A DNA stretch of 63,018 nucleotides, filler included, from Salisapilia sapeloensis CBS 127946 (Eukaryota > Protista > Oomycota), in NCBI GenBank assembly GCA_023334545.1. It is 9 parts of 9 records of this genome, joined end to end, with 100 filler letters (N's around TTAATTAATTAA, not from the genome) between each part and the next. Parts side by side here need not be neighbours in the genome. Positions count along the whole stretch, not along the records: positions 53,299 to 63,018 come from JAADVB010000460.1; 8 more parts are not named here. One strand, 5' to 3'. Below the pieces are notes generated by a model, which had not been told where the DNA came from, searched no databases, and saw only the letters and a program-made list of their open reading frames with translations. Both the position numbers and the translations under genes were made by a program. The stretch's first letter is position 1. Every line of letters begins with the position of its first letter. This document shows, piece after piece, positions 62,474-63,018 of the stretch.

Positions 62474-63018
62474 AGCATTGATTATCAAGTACTGAATACA
62501 TAAGTTGGCAACATTTTTATCATGACAAAAGAAGTTAAAAGTAAGTGTGAATGACTTATTATGAAGGAAGATCAACGTTTTCATATAGCAACGCATCGAA
62601 ATGCTTCTAGTTGTCATGCTGAGCTTGATCATTTCCTTTTATAAACATTGTTCCTTAAGCAGTCCGATGTTCATTTTATTCTTTGTCCAACGCAAGAAAT
62701 CATATCATGAAGACTTAAACCATGCTTGCTCCTCATCTCTTATGAATAATGGTAAGACCTTTTATGAGTCACATTTGGTCCCGAGTTAGATAGAGACAAG
62801 TGATTGTCGTTCGGCAGTAGTCAGGTATATTATTGGAAATGTCCCTTGTGGAGAGGAATAACTGCACGTGTACATGCAGTCGTTAGCCGTCAGCATCTTT
62901 CCATCGCAATCTCTTTGAGGTTGATGGCACCTAGTCTACTTTTTCGATGTATGGAAATCGAGTCGAACGCACCCAGCTCGAGCTTAAGCTCATTGTGCTT
63001 TTTGCCATCGACTACTCA

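Noticed and set aside
1-63018. tRNA, rRNA, snRNA or CRISPR arrays
   Set aside because: None recognisable by eye. CRISPR is not expected in a eukaryote; a tRNAscan/Infernal run would be needed to exclude small RNAs.

Overview
Eukaryotic, gene-dense DNA from an oomycete (Phytophthora/Pythium-like; species cannot be called from sequence alone). Support for this call: 50-62 nt GT-AG introns, oomycete INR+FPR core promoters, a secreted EPIC-like cystatin, START-FYVE genes, mitochondrial-type HCF101 and CEP83. It is a scaffold of nine contigs joined by eight artificial 100-nt spacers (44 N + TTAATTAATTAA + 44 N), so adjacency across gaps is not proven. Host genes: two ankyrin-repeat genes (one decayed), cystatin, a multipass membrane protein, P4-ATPase flippase with a C-terminal DysF domain, HIT hydrolase, two MATE transporters, three START-FYVE paralogues (one pseudogene, two cut by gaps), cytochrome P450, LRR protein, acetyl-CoA carboxylase, GPAT, mitochondrial TrpRS, CEP83, HCF101-like Fe-S scaffold, UreD and NAD kinase. 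Three things stand out. (1) A CRESS-DNA-virus-like HUH + SF3-helicase Rep gene (51795-52843) with a near-perfect oomycete core promoter, in which the expected catalytic YxxK tyrosine appears to be replaced by histidine (HHTK). (2) A Ty3/Gypsy chromovirus with uninterrupted pol that carries a 606-aa antisense gene with its own INR+FPR promoter, overlapping pol by about 1 kb with both strands open. (3) A tandem pair of unannotated 64- and 88-aa microproteins sharing an ungapped C-x10-FPxM-x6-DYSxL motif. All family assignments are from motif recognition; no searches were run.
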